From the IMG/VR virus record IMGVR_UViG_3300020171_000437, positions 1 to 62,781 of that record: a stretch of 62,781 nt of DNA; one strand, 5' to 3'. The position numbers and the translations under genes are program-made. The notes beneath the pieces were generated by a model that saw only the letters and a list, made by a program, of their open reading frames with translations, was not told where the DNA came from and did not search any database. The DNA comes from a virus (Duplodnaviria > Caudoviricetes). Each line of letters begins with the position of its first letter. The first letter of the stretch is position 1. Below, piece by piece: positions 17,105 through 27,456 of the stretch.

Positions 17105-20100
17105 ATGGCAGAAGGTACAAGTCTAGGTACTGCGTACATCACGCTGATGCTTGACAAGGCTGGGTTCCAGTCACAAGTGACTGGTCTTGGCCGGACATTG
17201 ACTGGCTCTCTCGGCGGGATTGTCGGCATGACTGCGAAACTAGCTGGTGTTGGCGCTGGCCTCTATGCCGTTAAGAGAGCCATCGGATATGTCAATGATG
17301 CCTTCCTAGAGTTCGACCAACAGATGCACAACGTCTGGACGCTGACAGACCAGACCGGCGATGAAATAGTCAAGCTATCCTCTGATCTCAGAGATCTTGC
17401 ATGGCAATACAATATCACAAGCACACAGGCCGCTAAGGCCATGTACCAGATCTACTCGGCAACCTTCTATGGCGCAGACGCCATGAAGATTCTTGAAGCA
17501 TCTACCCGTGCTGCTGCGGCAGGGCTGACTGACGTATTTACTGCTGCAAACATGGGGACTACTGTTCTAAATGCCTATGGTATGGCAGCAGAAGAGATAA
17601 CTCGTGTAAATGATTTGCTCTTCACTTCAATACGGTTTGGGAAGTGCGTCACCGGAGACACCCGTGTCTTGCTGGCCGATGGTCGCTACAAGCGAATCGA
17701 CGAACTAGAAGGCGGGGCTAAGGTCGTTTCTTACGATGGCAGATCGTTCTTGCCGATGGATGCCACATGGGTAGACCAAGGGACAAAGCCAACCGTCCGG
17801 CTGGAGACACATCTTGGCCGAGAAATCAAGACAACATGGAACCATCCTTATCTCACAGATGACGGATGGAAGAAGGTATCAGAGCTAAAGATTGGTGACC
17901 AGATTGCCATTCCTTCATCTCTTCCATTCTTCGGAGATAGACATGTTCACAAAAGCAGGGCGGCATTCTTGGGCCTATGGCTTGCTGAGGGAACTGGAGG
18001 TGCTTACTCGCCAGAGATAACGACAGACACATATGGGGCGCAAGTAACTGAGTGGGCAGAAGAATTTGGATGTAGTGTGTCGCGCAAGACAACAAGCACA
18101 GCAAGATGCCCCACATATCTTATGACTAGCGGGAGAGGAAATAGCGTTAATCCCGCGATGACTTTTCTCCGCGAGTTGGGGTTAGAGGGATGTCGCGCGG
18201 GAACAAAACACATCCCAGAAGAAGTCTTCTCTTGGGATCGAGAGTCAATTGCAACGATGTTGCATTGGTACTTCAATGGAGATGGATGGCTTGCTGACAG
18301 TAGGAAATATGAAAGTGGGGCTGGCTTCCATCTAGGATTTGCATCTAGTTCGAAGCAATTAGTCAAAGACATCTCGCACTTGCTTCTCCGATTTGGAATC
18401 ATGGGAAGAATCAGACGGAGACAAGAGACAAATTCATGGACTTGGGAGAGCAACCGATACAACGAAGTCAGACGATTTGTAGACATGATCGGGATTGATA
18501 GACCGATGAATGCCTTGGTCCCGACGCATGAGCCGAAGAAAACGCGGAAACGATATGGAGTAATCGATTATGACAAGATCGTCGTCATCGAGGCCCAAGA
18601 AGAGGAGCGCGTTTACGACCTATGTGTCCCCCATCTACACAACTTTGTAGCTGAAGATATCCTTGCTCATAATACAACCTACGGAGAACTCGCAGATCAA
18701 TTCGGTCGTTTGGCAGGAATTGCAGCCCCTGTTGGTGCGAGCATTGACGAGATGGCTGCCGCTATCGCAACACTCACCCGCCAGGGGATCACAACTGACT
18801 GGGCAGTCACTTCGTTGCGACAAACCCTGATGAAGATGCTACAACCCACCAAAGATCTTGAGAAGGCAATCAATGATCTTGGATTTGCATCTGGTGGTAC
18901 GATGGTCCGCACTCTCGGATTTGCCAAGTCACTTGGTGAGATCAAGAAGTGGGCAGACCAGAATGGCGTGGCGCTGGACAGGATGTTTACCAACGTCCGT
19001 GCTGTTACTGCTGTCCTGCCTCTTGCTACCACAGCCGCTAAAGGCTTCGCACTCGACCTTCAAAGGATGGCCGACTCTGCCGGGGCATCTGATGTAGCAT
19101 TTGGCAAACAGACACAATCATGGGCATATCAGATGTCGATTTTGAAATCTCGGCTAAATGACGTTGGCATTTCTCTAGGGAAAGTTGTCACGCCAGCTAT
19201 TTACGGATTCACAAAGGGCGTTTTGGCCTTGCTCAAACCTCTCGGTGGCATGTCCGAGTTGTTGAATACAATGGGAGTTCCGTTTCTTCTTAAATGGGCA
19301 GCGACTCTCGGCACAGTTGTCATAGGGCTAACTGTTCTGACCAAGGCATTTCGTGCTCTTAACGTTGCTATGCTTGCTTCTCAGGCTTTTATGTTCTCCA
19401 CGCTTGGCGTTGGTGGAGGATTGTCTGGGGCGATAATGAAGGGTATGTTCACAGCCGGTGGTGGATCAATGCTGGCTGGTCTCGGGATTGGGGCCGCCGG
19501 TCTTGTAGCAACGTCAATTGGGCTTAAAGGTCTTGTAGAACTTGAATTGGTGGCAGGGCAAATAGTCGGCGGCGAAGAAGTTAAGGGGGCAATGAAGGCG
19601 TCGCTGATGAGCATCTTCGGGAGTGTGGTCGGTGGGGCCATCTTCGGGAAGATGTTCCTTGGAGGACTGGTTGGATCTGGAGTTGGAGCGGCTATCGGTG
19701 CCGGAATAGCTGCGGCGGCGACAGCCTCAATCTTTGTCTACCATATCATCAAGAAGGCAGCCGAAACACACGAAGAACGTGTTTCTGTCGTTAGCGACAC
19801 GATGAGAGCATGGGGCGCATTACCTTACGAACTAGAATCTGGCCCAGAATCAATTACTGAATTGAGAGATACGTTGTCGCGTCTTAACCCAGAGATAGAA
19901 AGAACAACTGCGTTTTTTAATGCAGTTCAAAGTGCAGTTGAAGATTTATACAAGATGCGATTTGATTCTCTCTTCGAGCCTGGGAAATGGGAACTAGAAG
20001 ATAAATACCGCGGAGTCAGAACTCTTGCAGACATAACCGGCATTGCATTCCCTACGGAGGATGTAACCCGCGTCGCGCAAATGTGGAAGAAATCATTGTC

Positions 20101-23100
20101 TGACGCAAATCTAGAGGCATTGGCTGGATTGTCTGATGCCATTCTGTCTAATTTGGAAGATGAAACCAGAGAGATCATTATCGGGATGCAAGATGTCGCA
20201 TTGGAGGAACTCAGCAGAACAGAATGGGGAGATTTCAGTGAGTTTATCGTTAAAACGATGACAGAGTGGGCAGAGAGTGTCGGGGCCGTTCTTGAACAAG
20301 GTGACATTATTGAACATGCAAATATGTTAGCAAATGCTCTTTTCGCACTCAAAAAGGTTCCCGCAGGAGACGTTGAGGCAGCAGAGGAAGCAGCCGCTGG
20401 ATATCTGAAGGTGAAGGAATCATTTGCTGAACTGATGAAGGGGCTCGACGATGAAGAGCGCATTGCAGCGATGTTCCAAGTTATCCCCATCGCGCTAGAA
20501 GCAAGCATGGGCGAATTAGTTGATGTCATGGGCATATCTACAGCCGATCTTATTGCGCGAGTTTTAGCGGAGATCGAAGCTGCAACGCAGCCTCCAATCC
20601 CGTCTACACCTATTCCTGCCGTACAGGAGCAAGTAGACAGAGCGAGAAAAGAATTTGACGAGCTATTTGCATCCCTAGAATCTGGCGACTTCATGCTAGG
20701 GCAGGCGACTACAATGTTCGATGACTTGTCTGCAATGGCAGCAGAATGGACAAAGAATGCAGACATAGCCGAGATCACAGGCAGGGCTTATGCCGAAATG
20801 CTGCAAGTGCTTGCCGACTACATGAATGAAATGATCTCTTCTTCCGTCCTGTCTGCTATTCAAGAACTAATCAAGAGTTACGAAGAGGCAAAGGCCGCGT
20901 ATCTTGATTCCGCAGAAGCGACACTTGAGCGGGCGATGGCAGAAAAAGATTTGACTGGCATCTCAGAGAAACTTGCTGGTTATCAAGAACTTCTAGGGCT
21001 TTCGGCAGAAGACCTTACAGGCGACTGGAAAGAGATGGTTGATTGGCTAGAGTCTGTCGGGATAGCGATCAACAAGATTACTGTCTTGCCCTTTGCAAAA
21101 CAGATAGAGGTATACCAGGCGGCGCTGGCAAGGGCGTTAGAGGCGGGCAACATTGCAGCATCAGTCACAGCCTTGTCTGGTTTGAGCGGGATATACAACA
21201 CGATGGTAGCGAGTGTCGATTTGCTGACAGCTGCTGGCCTGGAAGGATCAGGAGCTCTCAACGTATTGATACTAGGCTTAGAGAAGCTGTATGGATTCAC
21301 AAGGGATGCAGCAGATGGAATAGGGAAACTTAGCGACGAAATCAACAATATGCTAGGGGCAATCTCTGGAGCTATCGGGGAAATGTCATCCGCCGTAGGA
21401 TTAAGATCACCAGAGATTGCCTCATTGCTGAATGTAGTGCCAGCCTTGCTATCGGCAGGAGACGCGCTTTGGAAGGTGTTCGGTCCTGACGGGTTGTATG
21501 AAAAGAGCCTTGAGAAAGCAGCGTCGGCAGGTGCTGCTGCAAGGGCATCAGAAATTACGAACAAAATTCTATCAGCAGGAATGGCTATGTGGTCTAAGAT
21601 GCCCGGTGCTGGCGGGGCAGACCAGATTGCTGCTGCATCTGCCGCAACAGTGGATGTGAAACTTGCTGCTGATGCGGCAGCAGAATCAGCCATTGCTTCA
21701 ACAGTCGCAGCGATTGCTGGCGTAGCTACAGGGCTTGGCGCTGTCTTTGCGATTGTAGGGGCAGTAATACAAGTGTTTGATGTGTTTGCTGCGGCGAGGA
21801 AGAGACGAGAGGAAGAGCTGGCCGCGGCAGCAGAGGAACTGAAACAGAATTTTCTTAATCTCGCAGATGCCGCCATTACAGCAGCCTCTTCTCTGTGGGA
21901 TTTGGCACAACAGGCAGAGAGCCTTCAGGCATTACAGTCCGGGTGGATGGAAGTTCAGGGAGCGATCATCACGGCGCTGCTTGGATTCCTGTGGCCGATT
22001 GCTGGCATATTTGAACTGATAATGGACTCTCTTGAGGATAGCGTTGACGCCATAGAGGAAGAGGCAGAGGCCCGACGAGCAAGCCTGAACGTGCCAACTG
22101 GATACAAGGTGCGTCGTGCTGAGTGGATGGCGGCGATGCCAGGACAGCCAGGAGACCTGATAGATGATTCGACGGTGCGAGACGATATTGAAGAGACGCT
22201 GACATGGTGGCAAGAGATTGTGCGGTCATTTGGAGCAGAGCTAGATAATGCCATTGCCCCAATACGTAACTTCATCGACAGGATGAACGACCTTTGGAAG
22301 AAGTTGGCACCGGCGATCATCAATGCCGTTATCCCAATGCTCAACACGTTTGGCTGGACTCTTGGCGAGATCGCAACGTGGATGGAGACAGTGTTTGCAC
22401 CAGACCTAGAGAAGTTTTCTGCAGGATTCAGACGATTCTGGGAAGAGAAGGTTGATCCATTCTGGAAAGAGGATATGGGGCCGCAGATCGCAGTGTGGCT
22501 TCAGAGAGTCTATGACTGGTTCGCGCCGGTTCTTACATTCATGGAGAACAAGGTGTGGCCATGGCTTGTAAATGATGTGTGGCCAGCGATCAAGCCGTAT
22601 GTGGAAAGCATTCTTGGTATGCTGGAAGACTGGGCGCGATGGATTGACGCGAACTGGGACACCATCAAAGTCAATTTGCTAGAAAATCTGACGACATGGC
22701 TTGGCAATCTTGGCGAGTCAATCAGGCGAGCGGCTGAATATATTCTTGATCTGCTAGGAATAGCATCACCATGGACAGGAACAACGACGCAAGTTCCTGC
22801 ATCTGGCGGAGTGTACCAGACACCATCTGGCCCTGGCCCATCTGAAACGATGTGGGAGCAAGTTCTGACGCCTGGGCCGAATCAAGGGACGTATGTAGTG
22901 CCTGCTCCGACGACTAGCCAATCAGACGCTGCAATCATTGCGGCACATGGTGGATTTGGCGGCGTTATGGGATCAACTGGACAATGGGTTCCTTATTCAA
23001 CATGGAATGGAGTTCCTGTATCTCAACTAGCCAGGGGGGGCAAGCTGCTGACTGATGGCCTTGTGTTTGGGCATCAGAATGAGATTATGGTTCCTGCCAG

Positions 23101-23278
23101 CGTGTCTCCCCTGCCATCTTCTATCGGCCTGAACAATTCTACAGAGATGGTCAATCACGTTATCGTGACGCTTGACGGGCGTGTGTTGACCAAGCAGATC
23201 ACTCGTGAAAAGAGACATAGCGAGAAACTGATGACTGGCTCTCCAAACGGACGGCGCTGGGAGCGGGTGGGCGCATGA
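17105..23278 (+). CDS. Tape measure protein (TP901-like) containing an intein
   Basis: LGTAYITL start, TP901-type core, long helical Ala/Glu and Trp-periodic regions, 2057 aa. Confidence 0.95.
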   Translation: MAEGTSLGTAYITLMLDKAGFQSQVTGLGRTLTGSLGGIVGMTAKLAGVGAGLYAVKRAIGYVNDAFLEFDQQMHNVWTLTDQTGDEIVKLSSDLRDLAWQYNITSTQAAKAMYQIYSATFYGADAMKILEASTRAAAAGLTDVFTAANMGTTVLNAYGMAAEEITRVNDLLFTSIRFGKCVTGDTRVLLADGRYKRIDELEGGAKVVSYDGRSFLPMDATWVDQGTKPTVRLETHLGREIKTTWNHPYLTDDGWKKVSELKIGDQIAIPSSLPFFGDRHVHKSRAAFLGLWLAEGTGGAYSPEITTDTYGAQVTEWAEEFGCSVSRKTTSTARCPTYLMTSGRGNSVNPAMTFLRELGLEGCRAGTKHIPEEVFSWDRESIATMLHWYFNGDGWLADSRKYESGAGFHLGFASSSKQLVKDISHLLLRFGIMGRIRRRQETNSWTWESNRYNEVRRFVDMIGIDRPMNALVPTHEPKKTRKRYGVIDYDKIVVIEAQEEERVYDLCVPHLHNFVAEDILAHNTTYGELADQFGRLAGIAAPVGASIDEMAAAIATLTRQGITTDWAVTSLRQTLMKMLQPTKDLEKAINDLGFASGGTMVRTLGFAKSLGEIKKWADQNGVALDRMFTNVRAVTAVLPLATTAAKGFALDLQRMADSAGASDVAFGKQTQSWAYQMSILKSRLNDVGISLGKVVTPAIYGFTKGVLALLKPLGGMSELLNTMGVPFLLKWAATLGTVVIGLTVLTKAFRALNVAMLASQAFMFSTLGVGGGLSGAIMKGMFTAGGGSMLAGLGIGAAGLVATSIGLKGLVELELVAGQIVGGEEVKGAMKASLMSIFGSVVGGAIFGKMFLGGLVGSGVGAAIGAGIAAAATASIFVYHIIKKAAETHEERVSVVSDTMRAWGALPYELESGPESITELRDTLSRLNPEIERTTAFFNAVQSAVEDLYKMRFDSLFEPGKWELEDKYRGVRTLADITGIAFPTEDVTRVAQMWKKSLSDANLEALAGLSDAILSNLEDETREIIIGMQDVALEELSRTEWGDFSEFIVKTMTEWAESVGAVLEQGDIIEHANMLANALFALKKVPAGDVEAAEEAAAGYLKVKESFAELMKGLDDEERIAAMFQVIPIALEASMGELVDVMGISTADLIARVLAEIEAATQPPIPSTPIPAVQEQVDRARKEFDELFASLESGDFMLGQATTMFDDLSAMAAEWTKNADIAEITGRAYAEMLQVLADYMNEMISSSVLSAIQELIKSYEEAKAAYLDSAEATLERAMAEKDLTGISEKLAGYQELLGLSAEDLTGDWKEMVDWLESVGIAINKITVLPFAKQIEVYQAALARALEAGNIAASVTALSGLSGIYNTMVASVDLLTAAGLEGSGALNVLILGLEKLYGFTRDAADGIGKLSDEINNMLGAISGAIGEMSSAVGLRSPEIASLLNVVPALLSAGDALWKVFGPDGLYEKSLEKAASAGAAARASEITNKILSAGMAMWSKMPGAGGADQIAAASAATVDVKLAADAAAESAIASTVAAIAGVATGLGAVFAIVGAVIQVFDVFAAARKRREEELAAAAEELKQNFLNLADAAITAASSLWDLAQQAESLQALQSGWMEVQGAIITALLGFLWPIAGIFELIMDSLEDSVDAIEEEAEARRASLNVPTGYKVRRAEWMAAMPGQPGDLIDDSTVRDDIEETLTWWQEIVRSFGAELDNAIAPIRNFIDRMNDLWKKLAPAIINAVIPMLNTFGWTLGEIATWMETVFAPDLEKFSAGFRRFWEEKVDPFWKEDMGPQIAVWLQRVYDWFAPVLTFMENKVWPWLVNDVWPAIKPYVESILGMLEDWARWIDANWDTIKVNLLENLTTWLGNLGESIRRAAEYILDLLGIASPWTGTTTQVPASGGVYQTPSGPGPSETMWEQVLTPGPNQGTYVVPAPTTSQSDAAIIAAHGGFGGVMGSTGQWVPYSTWNGVPVSQLARGGKLLTDGLVFGHQNEIMVPASVSPLPSSIGLNNSTEMVNHVIVTLDGRVLTKQITREKRHSEKLMTGSPNGRRWERVGA
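17645..18673 (+). mobile_element. Intein with LAGLIDADG homing endonuclease, 343 aa
   Basis: Block A CVTGDTRV, B TTWNHPY, C FLGLWLAEG, E YFNGDG, F/G VYDLCV...ILAHN then +1 Thr. Confidence 0.96.
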
Positions 23279-24816
23279 GAACAATAGTTGGTGCGACAGA
23301 TAAAGCGGCAGCGAGCATCCGCATGACAGTGAAGGACCATGCTGATTCTTGGCGAGACATCAGTGCTCGTGTCCGCAGCATGACTTATTCTGACGACGTA
23401 GAATCAGATTCGTGTGCAATCACCATCCAGTTGAGAAATTCCTGGTGGGCCTATGTCAATGTCACGCCGAACGTAAATCTTGATCCATTAGATCAGGCAT
23501 CTGACTTCAATCTAATCAGTGCCGTCTACTACCCTCTTCTTGCGCGTTACAACGAGATCAAGATCGAGATAACTAAGAATGCTGGCGTGAATTGGTATGA
23601 GATATTCAGGGGATATGTTGGTCCGGGGAGTGTGACGGTTGACACAGACATAGAGGGTGAAGACATGATCTCTGTGAAGCCGGTTGACATCTCATTCCCA
23701 TACAAGGAATTCTATTTCTACGACCCGCTTATCTACACGAATGCTGATGCTGTCTCAATTATGGGGCAGATGTTTGCAGATCATCGGTTCACGCAGACGA
23801 TCGTCGAGACTGACGCGCCAGGATTTCATGTCGAGGAGTACAAGACAGGGCAGATCAATCTTTGGGATTCACAGCAGAGCCTTCTTGAGCCGACCGGATT
23901 TATCTATCGGATCAGATGGGATTCAGGAACATCGTCTTTCAAGCCGACAGTCTACGATCCTGTGAGGACGAATACGACGCCCGATTGGACATGCGATGGA
24001 GACTTCTCGCATAGAAGGCTTGACTTAGACGAGTATGATGTCAGAACAGAGGTTGTGATCTTCTATCGTCTGAGAGACGTTGGGACACTGAAGACATTCC
24101 AGCTCTCAAATGATGCTGCAAGATTGAAGTATGGCATACCGGATGGGAATGGCGGGCGGCTTCACAAGACGATGTGGTACGTCACTAAGGGCATCGGCGC
24201 ACGGCATTCGATGATAGACATGGTTAGCGAGGCACAGACACTTGGCGAGTACATGCTGCACGACCTTGAAGAGCCAGCACCAGACATCGAGATTCAACTT
24301 CCTTACATACATCCAGGCATTGAGACGCACGATCTTATCAGTTTCGTGGGGAGAGATTACACGGTCCTGGTTGGCGTTATGAGCGTTGACTGGAGCATAG
24401 ATGTCAACAACATGATAGGGACTACGACTATCAGAGGAACTGCTGACAGAGTGATCGGACAGTATCGTAGATGGACCGCAAGAGATGCCAGATCTTCTGA
24501 GGTCAGGGACGAACAACTGCTGGCAGATCTCCAGGGCGACGGATTGCGGCCTCCAAGACCGTTGAACTGCACAGGACGTTCCTATATGGGTAAGGACGCT
24601 TCGACGGGCAAAGAGACCACAATCACGCTGTTCCAAGTTTCGGATGTAGAAGTTTGGGATAGAGGTGGCTATATGTGGAAGTGGTGGCTGTCCGGCGAGA
24701 ACAAAGTGACAACTGTTTACACGGCAGACCCGAAGCTGATCTTGCAAGGATTGCCGTCTGGAGAAACTGCGAAAGCTGAATGCTACGTTTACGATTGGAG
24801 CCACACCGGAGGGTGA
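23275..24816 (+). CDS. Tail hub / minor tail protein
   Basis: Directly after tape measure; IFRGYV, ARLKYG, IETHDLISF. Confidence 0.7.
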   Translation: MRTIVGATDKAAASIRMTVKDHADSWRDISARVRSMTYSDDVESDSCAITIQLRNSWWAYVNVTPNVNLDPLDQASDFNLISAVYYPLLARYNEIKIEITKNAGVNWYEIFRGYVGPGSVTVDTDIEGEDMISVKPVDISFPYKEFYFYDPLIYTNADAVSIMGQMFADHRFTQTIVETDAPGFHVEEYKTGQINLWDSQQSLLEPTGFIYRIRWDSGTSSFKPTVYDPVRTNTTPDWTCDGDFSHRRLDLDEYDVRTEVVIFYRLRDVGTLKTFQLSNDAARLKYGIPDGNGGRLHKTMWYVTKGIGARHSMIDMVSEAQTLGEYMLHDLEEPAPDIEIQLPYIHPGIETHDLISFVGRDYTVLVGVMSVDWSIDVNNMIGTTTIRGTADRVIGQYRRWTARDARSSEVRDEQLLADLQGDGLRPPRPLNCTGRSYMGKDASTGKETTITLFQVSDVEVWDRGGYMWKWWLSGENKVTTVYTADPKLILQGLPSGETAKAECYVYDWSHTGG

Positions 24817-24817
24817 T

Positions 24818-25213
24818 ATGGACAAGACTGTTGAAACGATTCTAACACACGCATCATTGGCACAAGGAGTGGCGACGGCGCTTACGGACTGTGACGAGCA
24901 CACCGATCTTTCGAGAATGATTGCCTTCACTCTTCGGGTTCAGATGACGTTTGCAGCGGCTGTAAGTGCAGACCCAACTGTGGCAATCTGGGCATCTGAT
25001 GCGGCGGTTAATGCAAGTTACGACACCACTGCCTGGAAGACATGGACGTTCCCAAGATCTGTTGGCAATACCGTTACATTGCACTGGCCTGCCTCTGATG
25101 AGATCAAGCCTTTACCCAAGTACATCAAGGTGATTGTGACGAACAACTCTGGCGCTGGCGCGAATACTGGCATCACAAACATCACTGTAAAGAAAGTGCC
25201 TCTAGCCATTTAG
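24818..25213 (+). CDS. Small tail protein, standalone paralog of the C-terminal domain of 25486-27456
   Basis: Shared ALTDCDEH, AVSADPT, AWKTWTFPRS, PLPKYIK, NNSGAGANT. Confidence 0.8.
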   Translation: MDKTVETILTHASLAQGVATALTDCDEHTDLSRMIAFTLRVQMTFAAAVSADPTVAIWASDAAVNASYDTTAWKTWTFPRSVGNTVTLHWPASDEIKPLPKYIKVIVTNNSGAGANTGITNITVKKVPLAI

Positions 25214-25220
25214 GAGAACT

Positions 25221-25493
25221 ATGCGATGGGAAATTGAACCTTCAGGATGCTGCGAACGCAAAGGAATGCGTCAAGTTAGGTTGTGTTTTTATTTAGAGCC
25301 AGGCGATGAGCGATACCACGAACATCATGTAAAGGTTCAAGAGAAGTGGCAGACGAATCCATTTCATAACCACTTTATCATGGTGCCTCTAGGAACGACA
25401 GATGACCAGATTGAGGATGAGGCGAAGAAGCTACTCGATCACTTCTACGGGAAATGGAGTAAGAGAGAGAGGCTCGGTGTGACTGATGGCTAG
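25221..25493 (+). CDS. Hypothetical protein
   Basis: AGGAG RBS; within operon. Confidence 0.6.
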   Translation: MRWEIEPSGCCERKGMRQVRLCFYLEPGDERYHEHHVKVQEKWQTNPFHNHFIMVPLGTTDDQIEDEAKKLLDHFYGKWSKRERLGVTDG

Positions 25494-27456
25494 TATTGAC
25501 ATTGGAATGGCGGCGATCGATAGGACTGGAAGTGCTTCTGATGGCTTCACTCGCATTGCATTAGGAAATCCCGCGAACGTTGGTGGGAGCCTAGATACCG
25601 TAGAGATATATCTTGGAGTTGGCGGCGCGAATGTCAAGGTTGGAACATTTTATGGGGGCACAGCCACTAAAACTAACCGAGATTACGAAACGATTGGAAC
25701 TGTTACAGGTTATTCAAAACAGACGTTTTCCGGCCTGTCAATTGGTGTAGAGGCTGACGACTGTATTGGTTTCTATGGAACCGCTGGCGAAATGAAGTTT
25801 TCAGACTATGGCAGCGGGTTATTGCAGAAAAGCGGAGATCAGTTTGATGCTGGCGAGCAGGCATATACATTGACCGGCAGCCAGGAGATGAGTCTATATG
25901 CATCTGGCTCCACGGTTGCCCCAACAGTTACAACTCAAGCTGTGTCTGATATTGCTTATAGCAGCGGGACGGGAAACGGAAACATAATAAGCATTGGCGG
26001 AGAGACTGTTACAAGAAGGGGCTTCTGCTATATGGTCGGCGTGGCAGGAGATCCGACTACGGCAAACAGCGTGGCTTATGATGATGGATCGTTTGGCACG
26101 GGTGCGTACACAAAAGCCATTACTGGTCTCACGCCGGAAGAGAGCTATCGAGTCAGGGCTTATGCCATCAACCCCGTTGGCACAAGTTATGGGTCCACGG
26201 TTCAAATGCTTACAAAGGTTGCTGCTCCAACAGACGTAGCCGCAACTGACGGTGCGCACACTGACAAAGTTACAGTTACTTGGACAAAATCAACTGGTGC
26301 TACCGGGTACCAGATCTACCGTGATGGCACTCCTTTAGGCTGGCTAGGAGATGTGGCTACTGGAGATGACTCAGGGGCAGACGCGCCTGTCATCACGCCA
26401 GGAACAGCTGTGGCAACAGACGGCGAATCTTCTGCCCATGTTGCTCTATCTCTATCTGGCGAGAGTGTAGCCAGCGGAACAACCCATTCTTACGTCGTAA
26501 GGGCCAAGACAGCTACAGATGAGAGCGCGGACAGTTCAGCGGACAATGGATACATAGGAGTGGGGGCATTAACGTATCAGTGGCAACGAAGTGCTGCTGA
26601 TAGCGATGCTAACTACTCGAATATAAACGGGGCTACTACAGAGGCATACAATGACACAGAGGCACCAGTTAATGGTGATGGACGGTATTTTAAGTGTGTG
26701 CTTGACGCTACTGGTGCTGCACAGCAGACATCTACTCCTGACAGAGGATATATTGCCGTCGCTCCGTCAGTAACGACTCAGGCAGTAGCAGACATTACAG
26801 ATACCAATGCGACATTGAATGGCAACATCACTGACGAGGGGACTAAAGATGTCACGCGGCGAGGATTCTGTTACTTCGAGGGAACATCAGGCGATCCAGA
26901 CACGACCGACAGCACATCCTATGACGATGGATCATTCGATACCGGCGCATACACAAAAGCCATCACGGTGCTATCAGCCGGAACATACTATCGAGTTAGG
27001 GCTTATGCTGTAAATCTGGAAGGAACTGGGTATGGTACGACTGTTCAGATGCTTACCACTGGCAGTGCAACCGTCGAAATTATCCTAGAACATGCGACAT
27101 TGTTGCAGGGCGCAGAAACGGCACTAACAGATTGTGATGAACACATAGATCTATCTAGAGTTGCACGCATCTCCTTCTTCGTCGAAATGACTTTCGAGGC
27201 TGCTGTGAGCGCAGACCCAACCATTTCTATCTTCGCATCCCCAGAGAATGACGACGATGAATATGATACATCTGCATGGAAAACTTGGACATTCCCAAGG
27301 TCCGCAGGGAATACTATATCTCTGCACTGGCCCTACACAGATGAGATTAGGCCTTTGCCAAAGTACATCAAGACGAAGGTGAAGAACAACAGCGGGGCTG
27401 GCGCGAACACATCCATTACGTCGATAACGATTAAGAAGGTGATCCTTGGATTATGA
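25486..27456 (+). CDS. Tail fibre/appendage protein with FN3-like repeats
   Basis: Two copies of PTVTTQAV...RRGFCY...YRVRAYA.N..GT.YG plus further Ig/FN3-like units. Confidence 0.8.
   Translation: MASIDIGMAAIDRTGSASDGFTRIALGNPANVGGSLDTVEIYLGVGGANVKVGTFYGGTATKTNRDYETIGTVTGYSKQTFSGLSIGVEADDCIGFYGTAGEMKFSDYGSGLLQKSGDQFDAGEQAYTLTGSQEMSLYASGSTVAPTVTTQAVSDIAYSSGTGNGNIISIGGETVTRRGFCYMVGVAGDPTTANSVAYDDGSFGTGAYTKAITGLTPEESYRVRAYAINPVGTSYGSTVQMLTKVAAPTDVAATDGAHTDKVTVTWTKSTGATGYQIYRDGTPLGWLGDVATGDDSGADAPVITPGTAVATDGESSAHVALSLSGESVASGTTHSYVVRAKTATDESADSSADNGYIGVGALTYQWQRSAADSDANYSNINGATTEAYNDTEAPVNGDGRYFKCVLDATGAAQQTSTPDRGYIAVAPSVTTQAVADITDTNATLNGNITDEGTKDVTRRGFCYFEGTSGDPDTTDSTSYDDGSFDTGAYTKAITVLSAGTYYRVRAYAVNLEGTGYGTTVQMLTTGSATVEIILEHATLLQGAETALTDCDEHIDLSRVARISFFVEMTFEAAVSADPTISIFASPENDDDEYDTSAWKTWTFPRSAGNTISLHWPYTDEIRPLPKYIKTKVKNNSGAGANTSITSITIKKVILGL

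Noticed and set aside
19927-24930. Long minus-strand ORFs (19927-20778, 20983-21876, 24106-24930)
   Set aside because: Antisense shadows of the tape measure and hub genes, without RBS or motifs
24818-27456. DGR template/variable repeat in the tail fibre C-terminus
   Set aside because: Both copies are intact ORFs differing mainly at third codon positions; this is ordinary paralogy
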